Notes under the pieces: model-generated | What the model was told of the DNA's origin: nothing | What the model saw: only the letters and a program-made list of their open reading frames with translations | Databases searched by the model: none | Origin: Stegostoma tigrinum | Lineage: Eukaryota | Length of the DNA stretch: 64,000 bases | Assembly (NCBI RefSeq): GCF_030684315.1 | Contig: NC_081382.1 | Span: 10,603,267-10,667,266 of the forward strand | Direction: 5' to 3' | Program-made: the position numbers and the translations under genes | In this document: one piece after another, positions 12,970-24,797 of the stretch | How the letters are laid out: the number at the start of each line of letters is the position of its first letter | Numbering within the stretch: the first letter of the stretch is position 1

Positions 12970-13790
12970 ATTTTGAGGTTGTTGAACTCAGTTTTAGACA
13001 TAGAATGCTGTAAAGTGCCTCAAACATTATCTACCTCCTATGTCCATTAGGCTTTACAGAAACACTACCACGTGTGATCGGCTTTGGACAAGGTGGTACA
13101 CTGAAAATGACAGGTGAATAACAGGCTGCTGTTTCATCCGGAAGGAATGTTTGAAGCCTTGGACAGTGAGGATGGAGGAGGCAAAAAGGTAAGTATTTCA
13201 CCATCTATGATTGGATGGAAAGGGGTAACCACATGGCAGGGGTACAGAATGAGATATTCGGGGTAATAGAGAAGTGAACTGGTTAAAGAGAGAAAGGTCT
13301 CCTCAGAATTCTTACAGGAGAGGGCAAATGAAGACATGTGAATTAGCATTGTGCTGGAGATGGTGCAGGATGATTCTTGGAATATGGATCCTGAAAGAAT
13401 GGACAAAGCAAGGGCAAGAATAATTTTATCATGGTTTCTGGAAAGAAGCAGAGGGGTTAAGGGCAAATGTTTAGGATCTATAGGCCAGACACACAGGTGA
13501 GTGACATGTATACCACTGTGGAGCGGTTGGGAGTGGAGAAACTTCAATCAAGGGAAAAAGAAAGACCTGTCAGAAGGGCAGTTGTGGAAGATAGCATCAC
13601 TGGGACAGGTAAGTCAGAGTTGGAGAAACTGTGAGGTTGGAATGAGGTGCTCACAGGCAGCAGAGTACAAGGAAGCCCAGTCCAGGTAGCTGTGGGAGTC
13701 AATCGGTTTATCATCAATTTTAACAAATGGTCAATCCTCAGAAATGTAGACACAGAGATCAAGAAAGGGAAGGGAGAGTTCAACTTGGGC
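12970..13790 (-). mobile_element. Degraded Penelope-like element (RT C-terminal region to GIY-YIG end)
   Basis: Minus strand reads LPFLDLCV...KPIDSHSYLD, matching 30410-30500. Confidence 0.7.
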
Positions 13791-13809
13791 TTCAGAAGTT
13801 AGTGATAGT

Positions 13810-14140
13810 GAGTGCTCTTGACACCTAAGCCAAATTGACCTTGTGTGGAATCAAAGAACTCTAGCTAAACTAGAATCAACGTGAACTGGCTAGACTCATT
13901 TCTAACACAAAGGAAGATGGCTGTGGTTATTGGATGTCAATCATCTCAGTTCCAGGGCATCTCTGCAGTAATTCCTCAGTCCTCAGCCCAACCACCTTTA
14001 AGTGTTTCATTAATGACCTTCCCTCCATCCTCGTGGGATGCTCACTGTTGATTGCGCAATGTTCAGCCCCATTCCTAACTCCCTAGATACTGAACCCGCA
14101 CATGTCTGTATACAACAAGAAATGGGCAATATCTAAGAAT
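13810..14140 (+). mobile_element. Non-LTR retrotransposon RT fragment (CR1/L2 group)
   Basis: Decayed ALD.K.FD.VW, VPQ..GP..F..FINDL motifs; related fragment at 19915-20100. Confidence 0.7.
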
Positions 14141-14445
14141 TAAAAGCCTGAGTGAAGAGGAATAAACCATTTGGGATTGGTTAGCAACATTGGGGGTAAC
14201 AGGAATAGTTATCAATTCATTTTATTAATTAGCGTATATGCCTCCTGGTAGGACCGGAGCTGGAATGATTTATTGTTAATTGTAATTGCTGAAGTCCACA
14301 GCGGCTGAAGTCTACAACCCATGAACAACATGTGTTTTTTTTTAAAGGACAGTTGAATGGTTGTGGAGGCTCAATTGAGAAATTGTAGGTTAAGAATGAG
14401 GGTTCATCCTTGTGTGGTAATTTGTATCCTTTGCAATATCCTTAC

Positions 14446-14570
14446 TTCTGCCCATTTATTTATCATCTGGATAACACACCTGGAAACCTGTTCTTGTTCT
14501 TCTGCCAATCTTTCTTTCAAAGTTAGCTGCTTGATCATGGACGAGGTGAGCTTTAATCTCTGATTCTCTC
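14446..14570 (-). other. Candidate exon (125 nt)
   Basis: Acceptor catttccccAG, donor GAA|GTAAGG; one open frame ENQRLKLTSSMIKQLTLKERLAEEQEQVSRCVIQMINKWAE, not recognised. Confidence 0.3.
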
Positions 14571-15384
14571 CTGGGGAAATGTGTGACTTTTGCTCAGTAA
14601 TGATAAGCAATGATATGGCTAATATCAGAGACACATAATTTGGATGATCATATTATGTTATGTCTCAGTATGTCAGTATGGCTTTAAGAGACATGTTCAG
14701 ATATCATCAATTTGTCATAGCACGTGACCTGAGAGTATCAAGATCTCCTGGTCCATAAACTCAGGGATCACTTGAAGTATGGCACACTGCTGAAAGCATG
14801 TGATTCTGATCCAACCTGCTGGCTTAATATCGGGCCAGATGCATACGTACCTATGAATATAATGTTTGTATGTACATGTTAAGCTGTACTAAATGTCTGT
14901 TGGATTCTTCAGTATCACAATGTCCATGTCCAGTTCCTACATTAAACATAAGCATTGCCTGAATAGGTAAAACACTTTGCTGGAGGTAAATCTACGTCAA
15001 TTACTCATGTGTGCCATTTCATACTATTTCATAGCTTTGTTTGATATTGACACAGGAATATGGCTATCTCCTCTGAATCAGTTGCAAACAATAAAAATTG
15101 GGATCAAACATTTTAATTTGAAATGCAAATCTTACATTTGTGTACTGGCAGGGCTTTGTTCCAGCAAGAAGTTTAATAAATATCGACATCTTCTTAGAAG
15201 TGCGGACATATTGTCCATTGACACGACATGTTCATTTATGGTAAATAATATTATTTCAAGTAAAAGCATGGAGGAGGGAATTTCCTACTTCATTGACTGA
15301 TTGTTTTTTTAAAAATGGCATTTTATAAGGGAGTAATGCAAACTGCATGGGCTTCAGTTATGAATAAAATGAATCCTACCCTAC

Positions 15385-15535
15385 CTCTTTCATGTATGTA
15401 GATCAAGAGATGAAGTTTGCATTTCTTGCTTGGATTCTGAACAGGCCAGGAAGATGCTGACCATCAACTCTCCAGTTCATGAAGGCTGTGAACATGGACA
15501 CAAAACCAGGAATCAAGATGAACATGGCTAGTGTA
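15385..15535 (-). other. Candidate exon (151 nt), no full-length open frame
   Basis: Acceptor poly-T-cacAG, donor GAG|GTAGGG. Confidence 0.35.
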
Positions 15536-16657
15536 CTGTGAAAAAAAAACTTTGAATCACATAAATCGTCCAACAACTCCTGAGTGAATTGAGCTGCTGA
15601 GTGAGAATCTCAAACCAGACCAATTTATGTGTGTTACGGATAAATGTACCTGCCAAGCAAGAGCAAAAATTTTGTATCCCTTGTGCTGTTGATTGACTGG
15701 GCGATTCATATTGCAAATTAGTAGACAAGTTGCTTTGTTGTTCAAAGAGATTTTAATAGGCAGCTTGTTGTCACCGTGCCAAATTTTTATCATATTTTCT
15801 GCTTAGTAGAGAGATCTGTTTGAACAAGTGTACAACATAAACACTGAGAAGGCAACTAATTGCAAAAATGAGAGACTTAATAAATGTTGCGAATTTCTCT
15901 GCCTGAAATATTATTTTCTCAGTTGTGATTACATACCCAAAACAAATTAAATTGTCTTCACTCTGTTTGTATTTTCAGAGACAAACTGAGTAAAGTATGA
16001 AATTCCCTCACAGTAAGGTGGTCTCAGAAGCAGTCTGTGTGTGGGCAGAGACTTAAAAGATAGGAATTACTGGCTTGAATCACATTCAACGAAATTGAAT
16101 TAGTGCATGAATGCAATGATTTGCCTTGCTTTAAAAAAATGTATGGTTGGTTGAGAAACATTTGATTAAGAGATAGATCTGATCCCTCATAATTGATACA
16201 AAGCTACTTTTTTTTTCTGGTTTACTTCAACAGCCTCATGTCTTAGTTGCAGTAAAATAACTTAATCTAATGATTCTGGTGCTAAAATATTCGATCATAC
16301 TTTGCAGTTAAAGACATCTTTAACACAGTTTGGAAAGGAAGGTATAGCATTTTAGCACTTTAGAGATTTATTGGAGCTACTAGGCTCTTTTATATATTGA
16401 ATGGCATGAGTTCTTAGCAACAAGTTACAGCATAGGAAATTTTAAAAATAGATTGGCTGTTCAGAAAATTAGCTTTTACCCAATCAACTGAATGTAACTG
16501 AATGGTAACAGCAACTTTACAAAATGCTCATTCTGAACTTGAGCAAAATTGAGAAATTATTATTTTTCTGAATTGGCAACCAATTAAAAATTCATTGATT
16601 TCTACAAAAGGCAAAAATGGTCCACCATCAGGAGACCTTGCATTTTATTTAATAGGG

Positions 16658-16741
16658 TCAAAAATTACATGACGCCAGGTTATAATCCAACAGGTTTATT
16701 TGAAAACACAGGCTTTAGGAGTGGAACCCCTTTGGCAGGTA
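16658..16741 (-). mobile_element. Penelope-like pLTR fragment, family 3
   Basis: Reverse complement of 47715-47800 (ttcaaataaac..gttgga.tataacctgg). Confidence 0.6.
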
Positions 16742-16938
16742 GAGTGATTTTAATAGAGAGACTAAGATGACGGATTTGGCAGGTTTCTAGCCCTTCACCA
16801 AGAAATTGTGAGATAAATCAGGGAGAATTAAGTGATGCCAAGGTTATTTTTAGTAGCCTGAAGGTTGTAGCAGGAAGGAAAATCACTGACAAATAGAATA
16901 AGATTAAGGGAAATGGGTAGGAGAGGGGAGGTGAGCAG

Positions 16939-17560
16939 GTTTAGATTTAGATATTTTTATTGTCACATATACTCAGGTATAGGAGTACAGTTAAGTGTAC
17001 AATACCACCACACATGGTGCCATATGAGGGACCTAAGAGATGGCAGCGGTGTAGCAGCATTGCGTTCAAGCTCTTGAGCTCATTTGCGTCCTTCTGCTTT
17101 ACTTCCATTTATTTTTGCATTTTGTTTTCTCCCCATTTATCTTTCAAGTCTCTCGCTTCAGCGAGGCACCACTTATATGTCCTGGCTGAGCAGGTTCTGA
17201 CGGCAGCAGGAGGAGTTCAGAGGCGACATCTTCAGCGACAGCGTTGTTGGTGATGGCATTATGGCTTCATCGGGTCTGCAGCGTGGAATCAAGCCCATAG
17301 GGGGCAGGGTAGGGGAGAGGTGGTGGGAATGAGCAGTGATTGAGGTCCCCATATCTACAGTGGCAAGAACAGGCAGCCAAGGTCTCCCGGAGAGCCAGCT
17401 AAGAGGAAGGGTTTAGGGCCCCAGCAGGGCTAAGCACACAAGAAAGGCTGAAAATTTAAATACATTTCATTGTTTTTCAAGCTAACATTAAGAAGGATTT
17501 TACTGTTAACTATTTCTTTATTTTTCTACTCATACAATGATGATCTTGAATGTTTAACTT
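16939..17560. mobile_element. Unclassified interspersed repeat: minus-strand LINE-type tail (16939-17025) abutting a GC-richer element starting agatggcagcgg
   Basis: tttagatttagat...ttattgtcacatatactcagg...gtacagt resembles the tail at 63010-63060. Confidence 0.35.
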
Positions 17561-18351
17561 TTAATTTTGTTCCTGTTTTGCTACTATGTACATAGTGAGG
17601 AAGAAAGTGTTGAGAAGCCTATTTAGAATTTTAAAGGAACAAACATACAGAGGAATATTAACCATAAAAGTAAAAACAGAATAGGTTGGAGCATAAAGAT
17701 TGATTATTAGGTATTCTTGACGAAGAGCGTCTGCGACAAATTTTGTGGAAAGTAACAATCTGTACAAAAGTTTAAACTAGGTACAAAAGAAGCAGGGCAT
17801 CCCTATAGCCTTCCACTCAATGGTTTCAGTTCCATTTGATCTGAAATCATTGATGATACAGTCTAACTAGTTGTGCTATATACTACAGGGCAAATAGAAA
17901 TAGTAAGGAAAAGAGAAAAATAAATGCTTCACCTGAGATCAGGGAGGAAAGTATGTCCACAAGCTTTCATTGTTTCACAAAAGAACATGGAGCAGATCAA
18001 ATTGCAAATGATACAGATCAATTAAGTTCAATATTTAACGCAACAGTAAGTCCATCATCCAGTACACCTGTCATAATCTTAAAAAAAGTACACTCTATTC
18101 TCAATTAAGCAGAAGATGTGAATGTTATGTATCCCAAACAAATTACTACAATCAACTTGCAATCATCAACATTTTCCGAGTTAAATAGCATAGTTGCTTT
18201 CCTTCCTTTCATTGAATTATAACTGGCAAATCTCTGATTACATTACTGTCATATTCCAAGCAGAATCTATGAGTATAAACCTCAGAAGACCAAGCCTTGT
18301 TTGGATAGAGGGAATGGAAAAGTCCCTGCTCGGATGATGGTTGTGTATCGA

Positions 18352-18460
18352 TATTTTCTAACTAGCCTGTTCAGAGATGTTATGACACACATTGGAGTCA
18401 GTAGGATACTGACCTTCTTGTTCAGAGTTAGGGACACCATACTGCACTACAAGAACCCCA
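18352..18460 (-). mobile_element. Short tRNA-derived SINE (family D)
   Basis: Homologous to 53105-53220; minus head gggttcttgtagtgcagtatggtgtcccta. Confidence 0.6.
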
Positions 18461-18964
18461 AGAGTGTGAATTAATAATACCAGGTTCATAGCAAATTAGC
18501 ACTGCTTGAATAATGTTGTTGCTTAAGAATTTCGACAGAATAAGAATTTGTATTTGTTATTCATGACTTAAACGAGAGGGAGAGAAACAGTGCTGCCCCC
18601 CAGTGTTGACATCCCTTTCTCTTCCTAAAGTAAATAAATGATTCAGATTTTAGTAAAGACAAGTAACTAAGGAGTTTGTCACAGACGCAGTAAGGAGTGT
18701 GATTAATAATGGAAGATACTTGTTGGTAAATTCAAAAGGATGCAAGGTACACAGGTTGGGCAAATAGTTTGTGATGAAATGTAATTACTTATATTTAGAC
18801 ATTAAAGGTTGGACTGAAAAGAAATATACCAAACAACATCGTACAGGTGGAGGTGTTTCAGTCCAAGAACATATGCCTGCTCTTTGAAAGTGTTAGCTGT
18901 TTAGTGCTACTCTCCTTGTTCTTTTTCTAACTCTTTCAAAGGATATGGACACCATAGGTGTTTG

Positions 18965-19610
18965 TTGCTCATTCTAATTTCCCTTGAGAAGGTGGCATTC
19001 ATCCATCTTCCATGAACTGCTGCAATTCATTTTGTGTAGCTAGATTCACTTTACTATTTGAGCATAAGTCCCTGGCTTTTGACTCAGTGAAGGGAAGGAT
19101 CTGAGCATAACTCCTCATCAGTATGGTACTTAGCTTGGAGATAAACTTGCAAGTGGCTCTTATGCTGCAAGTGTTAGGGGTTATGGGTTTGGAACATGTT
19201 GACCAAGGAACTTTGATGAGTTAACACAGTACATCTTCTACGCAATATTTATTGCTGCTACAGTGCATTGGCAGGAGAGGAAGTGATTGCTTCATTAGTG
19301 GATGGGAGGCCAATAAAGCATGCTGTTTTAGTCTGAATTATTTTGAGTTCTTGAATGTTGTTGGGGATAAATTGATCAGGCAAGCAGAAAGCATTCCATC
19401 ATACGTCTGACTTGTGTGTTGTAGGCAATGAACCTTGTTCGAGATGGTCTATGCTTGACACCTGTATGGCAAGACTATTACCCATCACTCATCAAATCAA
19501 ACCTGTATGTTGTCCAGGTTTGGCTGAATCCAGTGACAGACTATTCCAGTATCAGAGGAGGTGTTAAAAGTAGTGAACATTGTACAATTGTCAGAAAACA
19601 TCCCCAGTTA
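18965..19610 (-). mobile_element. Degraded LINE 3' region (same family as 13810-14140)
   Basis: tttcccttgagaaggtgg tail, shared with 58980-59065. Confidence 0.55.
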
Positions 19611-19611
19611 G

Positions 19612-19858
19612 AACAAAAGACGTAGGAACAAAAGTAACCATGAAGTTTGCTCCACCAGTAAATAAGATAATGGCTGAACTGATGATCCTCAATACTATTT
19701 TTATGCCTTGTTCCCTTAGCCCTTGATTCTCCTAAAGTTAAAACTAAAAATTTTTCTGTCTCGGCCTTGAATACACCTAATGAGTTAGCAGTTACAGCCC
19801 TCGGCGGTCAAGAATTCCATAGATTCACAATCCCCTAAGGGAAGAAATTTCTCTTCTG
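19612..19858 (-). mobile_element. CR1 3' UTR fragment
   Basis: agaattccatagattcacaatccc...gaagaaattt matches CR1 3' ends elsewhere. Confidence 0.65.
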
Positions 19859-20949
19859 TTTCAGTATAATGGATTCAGTCAAGAGGTCCTTATGTCAAAG
19901 CTGCATTTGACTGAGTTTAACACCAAAGACCCCTACCAATAATGAAGCCAATACCTTTCAGGGAGAACTCTACCAGTTGGAGTCATATCCAACACAATGG
20001 AGGATGGTTTCGTTCTTGTAGGTCAGTCACTTGCATCCCAGGGTATCTCTGCAGAAATTCCTCATGCTCAAATATATAGAAATGTTTTATCAATGACCTT
20101 ATGCTAAAGTGAAGGCCATCTGCCTGTCAACAATTATCTGATTGGCTGCTGCCTTGATAGCTGAACAGCTAATGAATGATACTGGCAGAAGCCCTTGGAC
20201 TGCTGCAAGTGGCAGATGGTACTTACTCATTTGTAAAATAGCTAAAGCCTGAAGAAAGCAGGTTTTGTTTTTGTTTTTGTTTCATTAGTTGCTATAAACA
20301 ATAACCTTTGTCCAATAACTAAGAAACTTTAGAGTTAATGTACCAATTATCTGTACCTCTGCAAAGTATTGAAAAGAATCTGAAAAAGAGAAATCAAAGA
20401 CCAGGAAATCCTGGAAAGCCAAAGAATCATCTCTGTGAACAGAGTGGATTGGGCCATTCAAACTGCTTTATGCAATCTGCAGCAATATTTACTTTTGTCT
20501 ATCTGCATCTGTGTAGACTGGCTTTAGAAGGGGCTTTAGTGCATTCCATGTCAACAGTTCATTTTTTAAAATTGTGGTTAGACTCCATTAATTTGCAATC
20601 AATAAAAGTTCCTTTCAAGTACAGAAACCTGATTTTGGTTACCCTGGTTCTATCCCGCAAATACATTTGGGACATTACATAGATTAATAACATTTTTATG
20701 ACTCTGAGAATAAAATTCCAGTGGACTAACCCAGTGAGATTTGGCATTATTCTATTCATAAGGTACCAAATATTCTACCAACTGGTCACAAAGTTATTAA
20801 AATGCTTAAATTTATAAATGAAACTATAGTTGAGTGAAATAATTACACAATTATTTTAAGCACATTAAGATGAGCAGAACAGGTGCTGTATTACAGCTAT
20901 AGTATGTGGGAGCTATTGGATGCTGGTGTATTTGGGGCATAAAAATCTA

Positions 20950-22430
20950 TGGTAATGTTTGAGACTCTAGAAGTTTTGGACAAGAGAAAGGGAAGCAAAG
21001 ACAGTAAAGGAAAGTGTAGTTGAAGGCATTGATGCTGTTCTCTGCTGCAAAGAATATGATCCCAGATGGCTGTGTTACCTGTTCCATGTCAGGGCTTGCA
21101 ATAGTTGCTCAGGGCTGAAGTGGAACTTTGAATGGGAATGACACGGACAGGGCAAAGAAGGAGCTTTTGCATAGTCTGTATGAGGTTATAGACACCAGAT
21201 GAGGAAGCAGAACTCAAAGGGTCAAAATCTGTGGACAACTACCTCAGCCACATGCAAACCAGACTAGAGAAATGAATGCATGGCCCAAGGACTGCTGGAG
21301 GAGAAGTGAGTTCCAGTTCTTGGGGCACTGGCACTCTTACTAGGGAAAGTGCGATGTGCATCATTTAGTTAGTATCCAGCTGACTTGTGCTGGGCCAGTG
21401 CTTTGGTGAGCTACATAACTACAGGATGGATTTTAAATTAATTAGTGTGGGCAAGGTATCAAACTTGGGAAAATACTATAAAGAGTCGAGGTAAATTAAA
21501 AATGAAAGGTGGTATTATAGCAAATGATAAACAGACTGAGAAAAATCAGTAGATTGTACCAAATCTAAGAATAAATCAACAGATAAGACTGAAGAATACC
21601 AAAAGAATAAAACCAAAGGCTTGGAGATAGCAAGAACTGCAGATGCAGGAGTATATGACAACACAGTGTGGAGTTGGAGGAACACAGCAGGCCAGGCAGC
21701 ATCAGAAGAGCAGGGGAGTTGATGTTTTGGGTCAGGACCCTTCTTCAGAAAGGAAGGATTCTGAACTGAAACATCATTTTTTCTACTCCTCTGACACTGC
21801 CTGGCCTGCAATGTTCCTCCAGAACAAAGGCTCTGCACGCAACATTCAAAATAAAACACATGAACTGAGAGCAAAAAAGGAAATAATTAGGTGTAGCCTG
21901 GGAGCCATTAGAGGAAAATGGCTGCAGAACAACAGAACTGTTCAGTTGAATATTAAGTGGTTTTGGAAATTTAGGATGGATGGGAAGTGAGGAAGAAATG
22001 CAGGGGTGTCTTCTTTAATTAGTGAAGTGATTTTCATGATAGCGAGGGATAACACAATTTCAGGAAATCAAGATATAGAGGCAATTTAAGTAGAAATGAG
22101 AAACGATAAAGGCAAGAAATCACTTGATGGAGTGACGTACAAGCCCCCCCAACATTAACCACGTGGTGGGGCAAAGCATGATGGAATAATTAGTGGGAGT
22201 CTGTCAGAAAGGCGTAGGCGCTAATTACGGGATATTTTATCCACATATCAATTGGAAACACCAAATGGGCCAAGATAATGTAAATGAGGGCTTCATAGAT
22301 TTTTTTCAGGATGGCTTTTGGAACAGTATCCTGTAAGGCTGGTATTATGCAATGATCTCAAAGTGAAGGCATCTCAAGGTGGGGGCAGTCATGATATAAT
22401 TTAATTTTACATTCAGTTTGAAGATGTACA
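20950..22430 (+). mobile_element. Degraded CR1 5' region: ORF1 (SGNH esterase-like) and start of ORF2 endonuclease
   Basis: MNAWPKDCWRRSEFQFLGHW (ORF1-like) near 21272-21335; ELRAKKEI...AIRGKWLQ...QLNI (APE N-terminus) in ORF 21643-21990. Confidence 0.65.
21622..21824. mobile_element. Fold-back Penelope mini-insertion nested in CR1
   Basis: Inverted arms; minus-strand ctgaagaagggtcctgacccaaaacatc; TSD caaaggct at 21614-21621 and 21825-21832. Confidence 0.8.
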
Positions 22431-22682
22431 GAGCACAACTGACAATACTAATTCATCAGTGTAATTCTTAACACACTCAGCAAATCTTGACAAGTGCAGA
22501 ATCACCTTCAATGCTGAATAATGTGTCGCAAGTTTTACCACCATAGGCCGGTTGGGGACAAGCAGAACCTTGCTCATGGCAAACTGTGAAGGAATGTCCT
22601 GTTTAATACGTTCTGCCAACATGTTCCTGAGACAAATTCCTGCCACACACCAGCGCTGAGATTGATATACCTTATTTGTGTG

Positions 22683-23228
22683 ATAGAGTCATAGAGCACA
22701 GAAACAGACAGTTTGCTCCAAACAGTCCATGCCAAACATAATACCAAACTAATCTAGTCACATCTGCCTGCTCCTAGCCCAGATCCTTCCAAACCTTTCC
22801 TATTCGTATATCCATCCAAATGTCTTTTAAATGTTATAATTGCGCCCACATCCACCACTTCCTCAGGAAGTTCACTCCACACGTGAATCATCCTATGTGC
22901 AAAAATATTTGCCTCTTATGTTTTTTTTAAATCTCTCTCTTCTCACCTTAAAAATGTATCCCCTTGTCTTGAAATTCCCCATTTTAGGGAAAAGACAATG
23001 GCCACCAACAGTCTCCATGCCTCTCATTTATTTTATAAACTTCCATCAGGTCACATCCCAACCTCCTACACTTCAGTGAAAACAAGTCCCAGCGTATCCA
23101 GCCTTTCCTTACAACTCAAACCTTACACGCCCAACAACGTCCTGGCAGATCTCTTCTGATCCCTCGCCAGCCTGATAATATCCTTCCTGAACCTGGATGG
23201 CCAGAACTGGACATAATGTTCCAGAAGA
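22683..23228 (-). mobile_element. CR1/HER1-type LINE 3' fragment
   Basis: atagagtcatagag tail; gtcttgaaattcccc, ccagaactggaca motifs. Confidence 0.8.
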
Positions 23229-23746
23229 GCATTTCTTAGCTTGTTGGCAGTATTCAGTTATTGGCAAATAAAACAGCTGTGTGAAATAACCAGCTCCACT
23301 TGCAGTTCAAACGTTTGAGATCCGTTAGTCTTCCAGGATAATCTGAGGTAAATTGGGCACTTTTTAGAACCATGAGTGACAACCTTGTAGTGTGTGTGTG
23401 ATATACAGCGAGAAAAGATCTGAATGCAGTCAATCTTATTTTACAGGATGGCTTTGATGCACCCTATTTCGGTTTCGATTTCAAAGTTTACCAGAATGCC
23501 TCATATGTAAGTTGTAGGCATTGGTCACTTTTCCAGTCACTGGTGTTACTCATGGTTCACCAGGTCCATGACACATTAGATTTGAAAAATTCAGTCTGTA
23601 CTTAACCTGAGAGCCTGGGTCTTCAGAAGCACTGCTCTTCCAAGAGACCCTCACGATCTTCGTCTTGTAGCGTTTAATTGTCCTGCATTTGGCTAAATGT
23701 GTCTGCTTATTATTGATGTTTACTATGGCTGAATGTTTAAGGATGG

Positions 23747-24094
23747 ATCATAGAATCCCTACAGTCTGGAAACAGACCTGTCAGCCCAACAAGTCCACAG
23801 TGACCCTCCAAACAGCATCCCACCCAGACCCATCCCCCTACCCTTTCCCTGTAACTGTGCATTTACCATGGCTAGACCACACACCCTTGAACACAATGGG
23901 CATATTTGCATGGCCAATCCACCTAACCTGTACATATTTGGACTGTGGGAGGAAACCGGAGCACCCAGAGGAAACTGACACAGACACAGGGAGAATGTGC
24001 AAACTCCACACAGACAATCATCAAGGGCAGGATTGAACGCAGGTAACTGGCACTGTGAGGTAGCAGTGCTGATCACTGAGCCACTGTGATACCC
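23747..24094 (-). mobile_element. HE1-type V-SINE, full length
   Basis: tRNA-like head (tggctcagtg A-box), V domain gtgtggagtttgcacattctccc, CR1-derived tail. Confidence 0.9.
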
Positions 24095-24151
24095 ATACTG
24101 TACTCAGAAGGTTAAGGAAGCTGTAGATAGACCAGAAGCCTATTTTATTTG

Positions 24152-24376
24152 AATTCATTCAAGGGATGTGGATGCCATTGGCTAGACCAGCATTTATTGT
24201 TCATACATAATTACCCATTGGACTGTTAAGAGTCAACCACATTGCTTTGGGTCTGGAATCACATATAAGCCAAGCCAGTTGACGTCACCAGATTTCTTCC
24301 CTAAAGGACACGAGTGAACTAGGTGTATCTTTCCAACAATTGACAACGGTTTCATGATCATCATTAGACTCTTAAT
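24152..24376 (-). mobile_element. SINE family B fragment
   Basis: Matches 37058-37258. Confidence 0.75.
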
Positions 24377-24599
24377 GTCAAGAAACGTCTCTCCCAGCCG
24401 CGGTTTTGTTGATGCCCAGCTGCAACTTGGAGTTGGAAGGTTCTGCAGTCATATTCTAATGCAGAGTTGTAAGTGCACAGTTCTAAATTGATATTTGGGT
24501 GCAATGCACAGGTACTAACTTTTTGATAAGATATTAAACTATAGCCCCACCTGGAAAACATAACAGACCTTGTGACACTATTCTGACAAAGAAAGGTAT

Positions 24600-24797
24600 G
24601 TATTCCACTCAGCCCTGCCCAATGTTCATCCTCAATCAAAATCTCTAAAATGTGTCAGCTATTATGTTGTGGGACCTTAATAAGAAAAATGATTGCTCAA
24701 ATTTCTGTATGACAATGGTGATTCCAAAATAACTTTATTACATGTAAAGGCAGCCTGAGATTGTGAAAGGTGCTATATAAATACAAGCCTTTCTTTC
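24600..24797 (+). mobile_element. Deu-domain SINE (SacSINE1-like) 3' part
   Basis: gtgaaaggtgctatataaatacaag tail; similarity to 60030-60230. Confidence 0.55.

Noticed and set aside
14657-14948. Possible solo LTR (tgtta...aaca); also 20150-20690
   Set aside because: No second copy, TSD or clear boundaries in the window
23689-24076. Recurrent ORFs such as WPIHLTCTSLDCGRKPEHPEET (also 33936-34344, 46637-47052, 52148-52573)
   Set aside because: Translations of HE1 SINE sequence; not proteins
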